Source: Magnetococcales bacterium (GTDB taxonomy: Bacteria; Pseudomonadota; Magnetococcia; Magnetococcales; JADFYX01). Taken from it: 64,000 bases of DNA. This document shows positions 18,931-27,043 of this stretch, piece after piece; positions within the stretch are counted from its first letter, which is position 1; every line of letters begins with the position of its first letter. The stretch covers positions 8,634 to 72,633 of the forward strand of contig JADFZU010000007.1 of assembly GCA_015232365.1 (NCBI GenBank), written 5' to 3'. Under the pieces are notes generated by a model, which was not told the origin of the DNA, did not search any database, and saw nothing but the letters and a program-made list of their open reading frames with translations. A program made the translations under genes and the position numbers.

Positions 18931-19389
18931 GTGACTGAGCAAACAGCAAAAATAGATCTATTGGTACTACCTCACGGAGAGGGGCTAGAGCTACCAAAAT
19001 ATGAGACTCCAGGCTCAGCAGGCATGGATCTGCGAGCAGCAGTTGCCGGGGATAGCCCCATAACCTTGGCCCCAGGAGAGAGAAAACTCATACCAACCGG
19101 ATTGAGCATGGCAATACCACAAGGGTGGGAAGGCCAGGTTCGGCCCCGCTCCGGATTAGCCTTGAAAAAGGGGGTAACCGTACTTAACTCACCAGGAACC
19201 ATAGATTCGGACTATAGGGGTGAGGTAGGAGTAATTTTGATAAACCATGGCATAGAGCCATTTATAATTAGTCGTGGAGAACGGGTTGCACAACTGTTAT
19301 TTACCAAGGTTAATCAGTGCAAGTGGAGTGTAGTATCCAGCCTGGATAAAACCAACCGTGAAGGGGGCTTCGGCAGCACGGGACATTAA
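18931..19389 (+). CDS. dut: dUTP diphosphatase
   Basis: 152 aa. [29 protein letters not shown] and a C-terminal GGFGSTG. GTG start. Confidence 0.92.
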   Translation: MTEQTAKIDLLVLPHGEGLELPKYETPGSAGMDLRAAVAGDSPITLAPGERKLIPTGLSMAIPQGWEGQVRPRSGLALKKGVTVLNSPGTIDSDYRGEVGVILINHGIEPFIISRGERVAQLLFTKVNQCKWSVVSSLDKTNREGGFGSTGH

Positions 19390-19418
19390 AGAGCACAACG
19401 GGGGTTGATAGAGAGATT

Positions 19419-19880
19419 ATGTTGAAATTTTCTAAAAAATTATTATATGCAATTGAGGCTGTTACAGATATTGCCTACAACTCAGGTGGTGAGCCGGTAC
19501 AGATCCGGGAGGTTACCAGCCGTCAAGGTGTGCCGCAACGCTATCTGGAGCAGGTGATGCAACGGCTGGTTAAGGCAGGTATACTTAAAGGCATTCGCGG
19601 ACCAAGAGGAGGCTACATGCTTGCAAGGGAGAGGGCAAAAATCAGTGTGGGAGATATCGCCAGGGTGGTGATGGTCGTTGACGCAAACAATGAGTCCGGC
19701 CTACCTCCAGACATGGCTGTTGGACCAATTGGAAGACAGGTAATCCGTCCTTTATGGGCCGAATTCCAAGAGCAGATTCTAGAGATGATGGATCAGGTAA
19801 CAGTAGAGGAGTTAACCACAAGAGCCTTTAAAAACCGGGTTCCAAGTGATGTATACAACCGTATAACCTACTCTATTTGA
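19419..19880 (+). CDS. Rrf2-family transcriptional regulator lacking any cysteine (CymR-like rather than IscR-like)
   Basis: 153 aa. The N-terminal wHTH (LLYAIEAVTDIAYNSGGEPVQIREVTSRQGVPQRYLEQVMQRLVKAGIL..RGPRGGY) is typical Rrf2. There are no Cys residues, so no Fe-S ligands. Confidence 0.85.
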   Translation: MLKFSKKLLYAIEAVTDIAYNSGGEPVQIREVTSRQGVPQRYLEQVMQRLVKAGILKGIRGPRGGYMLARERAKISVGDIARVVMVVDANNESGLPPDMAVGPIGRQVIRPLWAEFQEQILEMMDQVTVEELTTRAFKNRVPSDVYNRITYSI

Positions 19881-20572
19881 TGAAGTTTGAAAAAACTTTG
19901 CCTAAAAGCATCTTGCTGATCGGAGCAGGTGGATTGGGCTCTGCAGTTGCAATGGCACTGCTTAACAGCCCAAAAGAGCCGGCTCTTGAGAAGCTGGTTA
20001 TTGTTGACCCAGACCATATTGAGCTATCAAACCTCCATCGCCAACTTATTTACACCATGGATGATTTAGGCTCGGCCAAAGCCGATAGAGCAGCAGATTA
20101 TATCGACAAAGAACGGCCTGAATTCAAGGCTCAACCATTTATCCAACGTTTAGATGGGGTAGAAGAGATTGCCGCCAAGGCAGATGGGTGTGGGCTGATT
20201 ATAGATGGTTCGGACAATTATGCCACCCGTTTTGCTGCCAATGATGCAGCCCTACAACTTGGCATACCGCTTATTCACGGTGCTGCAATAGGTTATAATG
20301 GTCAATTGATGACGGTTATTCCTGGCCACTCAGCATGTTTGCGCTGCCTCTTCTATGGACCGCCGGCAACCCGAGAGGCAAACTGTCGCTCTGAAGGGGT
20401 AATAGGGGCACTGGTTGGAGAGGTTGGCTGGCTAATGGCTATTGAGGCAGTCAAAATTCTCTGGGGTGAGGGAGTTCCTCTAACAGACCGCTTATTAACA
20501 ATTGATAGTAACCGTCAACGTCGCCACACCACCCATTTTAACAGACGGACTGGGTGTACAGGCTGCGGTTAA
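19877..20572 (+). CDS. ThiF/MoeB-family E1-like adenylyltransferase (catalytic-type, lacks N-terminal RYxRQ segment)
   Basis: 231 aa. It begins directly at the Rossmann loop ILLIGAGGLGSAVA. It has the ATP motif VDPDHIELSNLHRQ, IIDGSDNYATRF, and zinc CxxC pairs (CLRC, CTGC). The start overlaps the Rrf2 stop (ATGA). Confidence 0.8.
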   Translation: MMKFEKTLPKSILLIGAGGLGSAVAMALLNSPKEPALEKLVIVDPDHIELSNLHRQLIYTMDDLGSAKADRAADYIDKERPEFKAQPFIQRLDGVEEIAAKADGCGLIIDGSDNYATRFAANDAALQLGIPLIHGAAIGYNGQLMTVIPGHSACLRCLFYGPPATREANCRSEGVIGALVGEVGWLMAIEAVKILWGEGVPLTDRLLTIDSNRQRRHTTHFNRRTGCTGCG

Positions 20573-20601
20573 AATATCTTAAAATAATACACGGAAAGAT
20601 A

Positions 20602-21537
20602 ATGGGAAATATTTATAACGACATCACCGAAACAATAGGCCATACACCACTAGTCAGGCTCAACAGAATTGGTGCTGATCTTGGTGCAGAGTTTTTAGTA
20701 AAACTGGAATCTTTCAACCCAATGGGGTCGTTAAAAGACCGTATCGGGCTGGCGATGATTGAAAAAGCAGAAAAAGATGGTTTAATTAGCAAAGGTGGTA
20801 AAATTGTTGAGGCGACCTCCGGCAATACCGGCATCTCACTTGCTTTTGTTTGTGCTGCTAAAGGTTATCACCTGGTTCTGACTATGCCGGAAAACATGTC
20901 TATTGAGAGACGGAAACTACTGCAACTGCTAGGTGCTGAGGTAGTTCTAACCCCAGCAATCTATGGAATGAAGGGAGCAATCGACATAGCTGAAAAGAGA
21001 GTAAAGCAAGATGGCAACAGCTTTATGCCAAGCCAGTTTGCCAACCCAGCCAACCCAGATATTCACGCCTGTACTACTGCTGAGGAGATCTTGAGCGATA
21101 CCGACAACAAGCTTGATGTGCTGGTAGCCGGGGTTGGAACTGGTGGCTCTCTGACCGGTATAACCAGAAGAATTAAACAGGACCTGCCCAACCTTACTGC
21201 GGTAGGGGTAGAGCCAGCAAATTCAGCAGTTCTATCTGGCGGCATGCCAGGACCACACTTGATTCAGGGCATTGGTGCCGGTTTTATTCCGCCGGTATTG
21301 GATCTGGAACTAATCGATAAAATAGTTGATATCAGCGATCAAACTGCTGTAGAGACCGCCCAGCTCTGTGCCAAAGATGAGGGCATAGCCTGTGGCATCT
21401 CCTCAGGGGCTGCAGTAGCTGCAGCATTGAAGTTGGCTAAAGAGCCAGAGCATAGAAATAGCCGCTTTGTTATAATTCTACCAGACTTTGCCGAACGTTA
21501 TTTTTCGACCCCGCTTTTCATGCAGGATAGTGAATGA
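20602..21537 (+). CDS. cysK: Cysteine synthase A (O-acetylserine sulfhydrylase)
   Basis: PLP lysine context NPMGSLKDRIG, TSGNTGISLA, and a C-terminal ERYFSTPLF. I prefer the ATG at 20602 (MGNIYNDITETIGHTPLVRLN), because the track's 20554 start would overlap the preceding gene by 19 nt. Confidence 0.9.
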   Translation: MGNIYNDITETIGHTPLVRLNRIGADLGAEFLVKLESFNPMGSLKDRIGLAMIEKAEKDGLISKGGKIVEATSGNTGISLAFVCAAKGYHLVLTMPENMSIERRKLLQLLGAEVVLTPAIYGMKGAIDIAEKRVKQDGNSFMPSQFANPANPDIHACTTAEEILSDTDNKLDVLVAGVGTGGSLTGITRRIKQDLPNLTAVGVEPANSAVLSGGMPGPHLIQGIGAGFIPPVLDLELIDKIVDISDQTAVETAQLCAKDEGIACGISSGAAVAAALKLAKEPEHRNSRFVIILPDFAERYFSTPLFMQDSE

Positions 21538-22199
21538 CCACAACAGAGCAGTGGATGAACCGTTACTCCCGGCAGATTATCCTGCCAAAGTTTGGGGGGG
21601 TTGGTCAGAAAAAACTATCCAACGGTAGCGTTGGTCTGGTTGGAACTGGTTCAATAGGTCTATCATTTTTCATATATGGCATTGGATCTGGAATTGGTCG
21701 TTGGGGAATTCTAGAGAGTGAAGATAACTCGGGCAACCGGCTAGCCTACGCGGCAAAAATCCGCAACCCTGATATCAAGGTAGAGATTACTGGCAAGCAA
21801 CAGCTTGCGAGCAACCTGGAGCAGTGGGTTAGCCTCTGGCCGATAGTGGTTGAAGTCAGCAACGACCTGGCCGTAAGACAAAAAGTTGCAGCAGCATGCC
21901 ACACAACAAAAACAGCTCTTATCTCAGCCTGGAACAGTGAGCAGGCAGGCTGGTTACTACACTCTCCCTGCCCCACATGCCTACCAAAACCAGCCCCTGG
22001 CATAGCCGGCACCACCCCACTAGACAAGATGGTTCCAGGAGTATTGGGATGTGCTCTAGCCCAACAGGTTATCAACGCACTGTTAGAGCCAGCAAGCAGC
22101 CCAATAAAAGCAAGTTTAACCGCCTTCCAGGCGGCTACATCACAATTTTCAAGCCAAAAAGTAGAGAAAAAACCTAGCTGCCCCATCTGCAAGGGCTGA
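21534..22199 (+). CDS. ThiF/MoeB-like protein with degenerate adenylation site (retains RYSRQ N-terminus and CxxC pairs)
   Basis: 221 aa. It has NRYSRQIILPKFGG, GLVGTGSIG, CPTC and CPIC. The DxDxxxxSNLxRQ ATP motif is replaced by GILESEDNSGNRLAYAAKI. The start overlaps the cysK stop (ATGA). Confidence 0.7.
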   Translation: MTTTEQWMNRYSRQIILPKFGGVGQKKLSNGSVGLVGTGSIGLSFFIYGIGSGIGRWGILESEDNSGNRLAYAAKIRNPDIKVEITGKQQLASNLEQWVSLWPIVVEVSNDLAVRQKVAAACHTTKTALISAWNSEQAGWLLHSPCPTCLPKPAPGIAGTTPLDKMVPGVLGCALAQQVINALLEPASSPIKASLTAFQAATSQFSSQKVEKKPSCPICKG

Positions 22200-22207
22200 G
22201 TACGATC

Positions 22208-22441
22208 ATGAAAAGCGATGAATTTATAGACATTACCACAGAACACTGCCCAATGACCTTTGTCAGGGTAAAGCTAAAACTTGAGGAGATGGAGGCGGGA
22301 CAAACTCTAACTGTACGTTTAAGTGGTGGAGAGCCTCTAGAAAACGTTCCCCAATCGCTAAAAGACGAGAACTATTTTTTCACCACCCCAGAGGCAGATG
22401 GCGACTGCTTTAAAATGGTAGTTACCAAACCAAAGAGCTAG
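22208..22441 (+). CDS. TusA/SirA-like sulfur-relay protein
   Basis: 77 aa. CPMTFVRVKLKLEEMEAGQTLTV matches the TusA-type active-site Cys-Pro at the start of helix 1. It starts 8 nt after the preceding gene. Confidence 0.75.
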   Translation: MKSDEFIDITTEHCPMTFVRVKLKLEEMEAGQTLTVRLSGGEPLENVPQSLKDENYFFTTPEADGDCFKMVVTKPKS

Positions 22442-22483
22442 CTATTACCTGAATCCCTAGCTAAAAGCGGATTCAGGTAATAG
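22442..22483. terminator. 15-bp perfect hairpin between convergent genes (probable bidirectional terminator)
   Basis: ctattacctgaatcc (22442-22456) pairs with ggattcaggtaatag (22469-22483) around a 12-nt loop. It starts 1 nt after the tusA-like stop. The T-tract is weak. Confidence 0.5.
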
Positions 22484-22489
22484 CCTATT

Positions 22490-22894
22490 TTAAAGTTTTC
22501 CAGACCCCTTGAACATGCACATCTGGGCATAGACAACTGCATCATTAGAGGTCCAATCTGCCTTGGGTTTTCTCTTAACCTCCTGACACCAGGCAGGACT
22601 ACCAACCTGCACTGCTAGCATTTCAGCACAAAACTTCTTCATGGTCTCTTCGGTCATCTCTTTTCCCGGACCGATGATCTGTGCAAACTTTGCTTCATAT
22701 TCCGGCGGCAGAATAACCCCCCCCTCCTGAAGGCCAAAACTGGTAACCGAGACACCAACAACCAGCAAGAAAACCCAAAGAGCCATTGAGATCCCCTTAC
22801 TGATAATTTTAAAGATCCCCACCATTACCAACAGCCCGCCGATTGCAAGCCACACCCTTGGATCAATATCAAGTTGTGATAAAATTGCTTCCAT
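22490..22894 (-). CDS. Small membrane protein (2-3 TM) with Cys-containing C-terminal domain (DUF3012-like by memory)
   Basis: 134 aa. The hydrophobic N-half is VWLAIGGLLVMVGIF...ALWVFLLVVGVSV. The C-terminal WCQEVKRKPKADWTSNDAVVYAQMC resembles the DUF3012 pattern. Confidence 0.55.
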   Translation of the reverse strand: MEAILSQLDIDPRVWLAIGGLLVMVGIFKIISKGISMALWVFLLVVGVSVTSFGLQEGGVILPPEYEAKFAQIIGPGKEMTEETMKKFCAEMLAVQVGSPAWCQEVKRKPKADWTSNDAVVYAQMCMFKGSGKL

Positions 22895-22930
22895 AGTTAC
22901 CTCATTTGAGTAAATCTAAATATTTTTGGG

Positions 22931-24763
22931 TTAAGCCAGAACAAGCTCCATCACAACCTCTTGCGGATCTTCACTAGCAACAATGATAAAGCCGTTTTTC
23001 TTTAGAACCTTGAGCATTGGCCTGTTGTTCGGCTTAACCAATGCCAGCAACTTGGATAACTTTCTCTGCTGTGCAATAAAAATAATATTTTTCAACAGCT
23101 CATAAGCCAGACCATTTTTACGGCTACACTCCCGAACCACAAAAGCCACCTCGCCATAGTTACCCTGCTCTACGTAATAGTAGCGACCGATAGCGTGAAT
23201 TTTCTCCTTTGGCCCCTTACGGCGAACCATACATAGGGCTAGATCCTTGGTCTGATCAACATTTACCAAGGCATAAGCCTTTTCGCGAGACATCTGGTTG
23301 ATACCGTAGTTATAGCGCATCAGCAAGGTCTCTTTGGTGTGTGAGTAGAAAAACTCCTGTAAAACCCGTTCATCAGAGGCTCTAAGAGGCCGTAAAATAA
23401 ACTTTTTATCTTTGAGTTTTAGCTTAACCATTTCTGACGCACCAAGCTCCACCACCCTGGTAGATTTGGCAACTTGATAATTTGGAACCCAATAGTGAGC
23501 CCGAACTTTATGCAACAACTCATCACGAAAATCTGGGTGGGACACCTGAATCAGCTCCAAAGCCCGCTCTCTTATACTCTTGCCACGCATGGTTGCAATG
23601 CCAAATTCAGTCACAACATAGTGGACATCACCTCTGGAGGTCACTACACCAGAGCCTTGACTGAGCGATGGAACAATCCTGGATATAGTGCCATTTTTAG
23701 CGGTGGCAGGAAGAGCAATAATAGGATGACCGCCAAGGCTCTGTGCTGCTCCACGGATAAAATCTACCTGACCGCCAATACCGCTATAGAGCCTGCTGCC
23801 AACTGAGTCAGCCACCACCTGCCCAGAGAGGTCAACCTCAATAGCACTATTGATAGCAACCATTCGCTTATTCTGGGCAATAATTGAGGGACTATTGGTA
23901 TACTCTGACGGATGGAACTCAACATGTGGATTTTCATGGACAAAATCGTAGAGCTTTTTACTCCCCATACAGAACGAAGTAATGGTCTTGCCGGGATGAA
24001 TGGTTTTTTTACTATTGTCAACTATCCCCTTCTCCATAAGGTCGATCAAACCATCACTAAACATTTCGGTATGAACGCCAAGATTCCGGTGGTCTTGCAA
24101 ACTCTGCAACACCGCATCTGGAATCCGACCAATACCCATCTGTAAAGTGCTGCCGTCTTCAATCAGCATGGCGACATTACGACCAATCCGCATGGTAATA
24201 TCGTCCTGGGGTTTTTCTTGCAGCTCAACGATAGGCTCATCAACCTCAATGTAGGCATCAATAGAGCTAAAAGGAATAAAACTCCGGCCAAAAGTTCTCG
24301 GCATGGATTTATTTATCTGGGCTATAACAATCCTGGCCTCTCGACAGGCTGCCGCAACAATATCAACCGAGACCCCCAACGAACAGAAACCCTGAGCGTC
24401 TGGCGGCGAAACCTGGATAAGAGCAACATCAATTGGCAAAATATCATTGCGAAATAGCGATGGAATTTCTGAGAGAAAACAAGGGGTATAGTCAGCAACG
24501 CCTGTGGCAACCGCCTCCCGTGATCCCGGCCCTAAAAATAGTGAGTTGACCTTAAATGATTGCCGGTATTTTTCTTTGGCCCATGGGCTTCCACCCAAAG
24601 TAAGAATATGGACCACCTCCACATCTTGAAAATGTTTAGCCTGATTCAACAACCCAGAGATCAGGGTGTGGGGACAGGCTGCATTGGAGCCGATAAATAT
24701 TCTATCCCCGGATTTAAGATAGAGCCGCCAATCTTTAAGAATTTTTGGTGTTTTGTCTGCCAT
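22931..24763 (-). CDS. Acetyl-CoA hydrolase/transferase-family domain fused to C-terminal GNAT acetyltransferase
   Basis: 610 aa. MGIGRIPDAVL and YSGIGGQVDFIRGA are typical of the CoA-transferase family. The last ~170 aa have a GNAT-like core (GEVAFVVRECSRKNGLAYELLKNII...NNRPMLKVLKKNGF). Confidence 0.8.
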   Translation of the reverse strand: MADKTPKILKDWRLYLKSGDRIFIGSNAACPHTLISGLLNQAKHFQDVEVVHILTLGGSPWAKEKYRQSFKVNSLFLGPGSREAVATGVADYTPCFLSEIPSLFRNDILPIDVALIQVSPPDAQGFCSLGVSVDIVAAACREARIVIAQINKSMPRTFGRSFIPFSSIDAYIEVDEPIVELQEKPQDDITMRIGRNVAMLIEDGSTLQMGIGRIPDAVLQSLQDHRNLGVHTEMFSDGLIDLMEKGIVDNSKKTIHPGKTITSFCMGSKKLYDFVHENPHVEFHPSEYTNSPSIIAQNKRMVAINSAIEVDLSGQVVADSVGSRLYSGIGGQVDFIRGAAQSLGGHPIIALPATAKNGTISRIVPSLSQGSGVVTSRGDVHYVVTEFGIATMRGKSIRERALELIQVSHPDFRDELLHKVRAHYWVPNYQVAKSTRVVELGASEMVKLKLKDKKFILRPLRASDERVLQEFFYSHTKETLLMRYNYGINQMSREKAYALVNVDQTKDLALCMVRRKGPKEKIHAIGRYYYVEQGNYGEVAFVVRECSRKNGLAYELLKNIIFIAQQRKLSKLLALVKPNNRPMLKVLKKNGFIIVASEDPQEVVMELVLA

Positions 24764-25126
24764 GATCTTCCTTAGGTTGCAAGTTTTTATAATCCTTTCA
24801 TTATGTCACAGATAGATAGAGACAGAAATGAAGTGTGATGACAAATTTTATCCTGATACCGTATTCCTATTTTACACTACCACCTCACATATATTTTTTT
24901 AAGAGGGGTTATAGCTTAAACCAAAGAAACTAATGAATTTACATTACAAATCATAGGTTAACAATCAATAATCCTGATCAACAAAACATCTCTGTTAACA
25001 AAATATTAATATTTTTTAGTTTATATCATTGACAATAGACACCAAGAAGCAGACCTTGTCCTGCCCCGGACGCAATCTTTTAAACTATTCACGGTAGATT
25101 GGCAGCGTTCGGTTAAGCCAATCTCT

Positions 25127-26785
25127 TTGATATTTTTTAAGAACAACGGAAGGACATTTGTGTCTGATTTTGCTGATTTACCCTTAATACCCCTACTACA
25201 CACCACACTACGAAACATAGGCTACAAAGAGCCAACTCCCATTCAATCCCAAGCTATACCACCTCTTCTGGAAGGTGCAGACCTTCTTGGCATCGCCCAA
25301 ACCGGAACCGGTAAGACCGCAGCTTTTGCCCTGCCGATTATCAACTATTTAAGCCACCAAAAACGGCGTATCGGCCCGCGTCTGGTCCGGGTTTTAATCT
25401 TGACCCCAACCAGAGAGCTTGCTTCACAGATTGATGCCAGCTTTGCTGAGTTGAGCCGTGGCATGAAGCTATACCGCTGTGTTGTCTTTGGCGGTGTTAG
25501 CCAAAACCCCCAGGTTCGCACCCTCTCCAGAGGTGTAGATGTTTTAGTCGCCACTCCGGGGCGGCTCCTGGATCTAATGAATCAGGGCTATGTCCGCCTG
25601 GACCAATTAGATACTTTTGTCTTGGATGAAGCCGACAGAATGTTGGATATGGGTTTTATCAACGATATTAAAAAAATCATCAAAACATTGCCGAAAAAAC
25701 GCCAGACCCTGCTATTTTCGGCCACCATGCCGGAAAACATTGAAGAGTTGGCTTCCGGGCTTCTCACCAATCCGGTAAAGGTGGAGGTAACACCCCAGGC
25801 CACTACAGTAGATAAAATTAAACAGACCATTCTCTATGTGGATAAGGTCAATAAACGTAAACTACTCCACCACCTAATCGAGAAAAACAACATTCAGCGA
25901 GCTTTGGTCTTCACCAGGACTAAACATGCCGCCAATAAAGTTGCTGAAGAGTTGGATAAAAATGGGGTTAGAACTACCGCCATCCACGGCAACAAATCCC
26001 AAGGGGCAAGAGAGAAAGCTCTACTGCAATTTCGCCAGGGTCAGGTTCGGGTTTTGGTAGCTACCGATATTGCTGCAAGGGGCATTGATGTAAAAGAGAT
26101 CACCCATGTGATCAATTTTGATCTGCCCAACGAGCCGGAAAATTATGTACACCGAATAGGCCGCACCGCCCGTGCTGGGCTGGAAGGTCTGGCACTCTCA
26201 TTTTGTGATAGTGGCGAGAGGTTCTATCTCAGGGAGATCCAACGGGCCATCAGGATGAATATTGAGGTAGATCCTGAACACCCATTTCACTCTAGCAGTG
26301 CAGAAAATGCCCCCTATATAAAGCCAAAACCCAATGGCGGTGGTGGCGGTGGCAAACAGCGGAGCAATAGCCGGCGTGGTAGTGGTGGTCCTCGTAGTGG
26401 TGGTGGTCAAGCTAGCGGTGGCGGTCAACGTAGCGGTGGTGGCGGCAAACGCAGTGGCAGTGGTGGTCAACACAGCAGCAGTGGTGGTCAACCAGGCGAT
26501 GAGCAGCAGAAAAGCAGTAGGGAGCAAAAACCCAGAAGCAGCAAAGGCCGGAAACACAACTCTACCAGCGTCGAGCAGCAGCAGAGAGGTAAAAGCAACT
26601 CTAACAGTAGTAAAAGCGGCAACCGCAGCTTCCGGGGCAAAGCCGGAGAGCAAAACAGTGCAGAGGGCGGCAATAGATCACCTAAAAGCGGCCGAGGAGC
26701 GACTGTTGGCAGCAATCGTAGCTCACCAGGAAACAAAAGAGGCGGAAAACCAAAGATTAATAGAGGCAACAGAGGTAACTCATAA
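25127..26785 (+). CDS. rhlE: DEAD-box ATP-dependent RNA helicase (RhlE-like) with ~150-aa Gly/Ser/Arg/Gln-rich tail
   Basis: Q-motif region TPIQSQAIP, AQTGTGKTAAF, VLDEADRMLDMGF, LFSATMP and HRIGRTARAG. The tail has GGGQxSGGG-type repeats. The track start is a TTG at 25127; the in-frame GTG at 25160 (VSDFADLPL) is an equally plausible start. Confidence 0.9.
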   Translation: MIFFKNNGRTFVSDFADLPLIPLLHTTLRNIGYKEPTPIQSQAIPPLLEGADLLGIAQTGTGKTAAFALPIINYLSHQKRRIGPRLVRVLILTPTRELASQIDASFAELSRGMKLYRCVVFGGVSQNPQVRTLSRGVDVLVATPGRLLDLMNQGYVRLDQLDTFVLDEADRMLDMGFINDIKKIIKTLPKKRQTLLFSATMPENIEELASGLLTNPVKVEVTPQATTVDKIKQTILYVDKVNKRKLLHHLIEKNNIQRALVFTRTKHAANKVAEELDKNGVRTTAIHGNKSQGAREKALLQFRQGQVRVLVATDIAARGIDVKEITHVINFDLPNEPENYVHRIGRTARAGLEGLALSFCDSGERFYLREIQRAIRMNIEVDPEHPFHSSSAENAPYIKPKPNGGGGGGKQRSNSRRGSGGPRSGGGQASGGGQRSGGGGKRSGSGGQHSSSGGQPGDEQQKSSREQKPRSSKGRKHNSTSVEQQQRGKSNSNSSKSGNRSFRGKAGEQNSAEGGNRSPKSGRGATVGSNRSSPGNKRGGKPKINRGNRGNS

Positions 26786-26821
26786 AAAAAAGGCTCTCCA
26801 GTTTGGAGAGCCTTTTTTTAT
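26784..26821 (+). terminator. Rho-independent terminator after the helicase gene
   Basis: aaaaaaaaGGCTCTCCagttTGGAGAGCCttttttt: a 9-10 bp GC-rich stem, a 4-nt loop and a T7 tract, directly after the stop at 26785. Confidence 0.75.
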
Positions 26822-27043
26822 TTAGCCCGTCGAACCCACACCTTGCGGTACTGAACTCAAAATCTGTAACAGAACTTGAAAGACCTGGTGAAAACTAGTT
26901 GTCAATAAAGAGTCTAAACTATTATGGCAAAAGAGGTTTTACTTGATAGGCTTTGATTAAAGCGGTATTATCATAGATGTTGTTATCTACCTGGGGATAG
27001 TGATATGAGAGGTAAATTATGCGAGTGCTGGTGGTTATAAGAG

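Noticed and set aside
20554-20601. N-terminal extensions offered by the ORF track for cysK (20554), dapA (to 36031), hisG (47922) and the CYTH gene (56820).
   Set aside because: The extensions are hydrophobic or unconserved-looking and overlap neighbouring genes or terminators. Internal starts reproduce the canonical N-termini of these families.
26198-26825. Long alternative-frame ORFs (151, 163 and 93 aa) over the 3' end of the helicase gene.
   Set aside because: They are generated by the GGT/GGC/AGC repeat coding for the Gly/Ser-rich tail. Their products are homopolymer-like (VVVV, TTTT, LLLL), and the helicase frame continues uninterrupted from the conserved core.
26822-26865. agcccgtcgaacccacaccttgcgg resembles a tRNA T-arm (TCGAACC) and might have been an att repeat or tRNA fragment marking the left border of an island.
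   Set aside because: The flanking bases do not form a T-stem (GTGGG versus GGGCT are not complementary). The segment also does not match the 3' end of the tRNA-Leu at 32707-32791.
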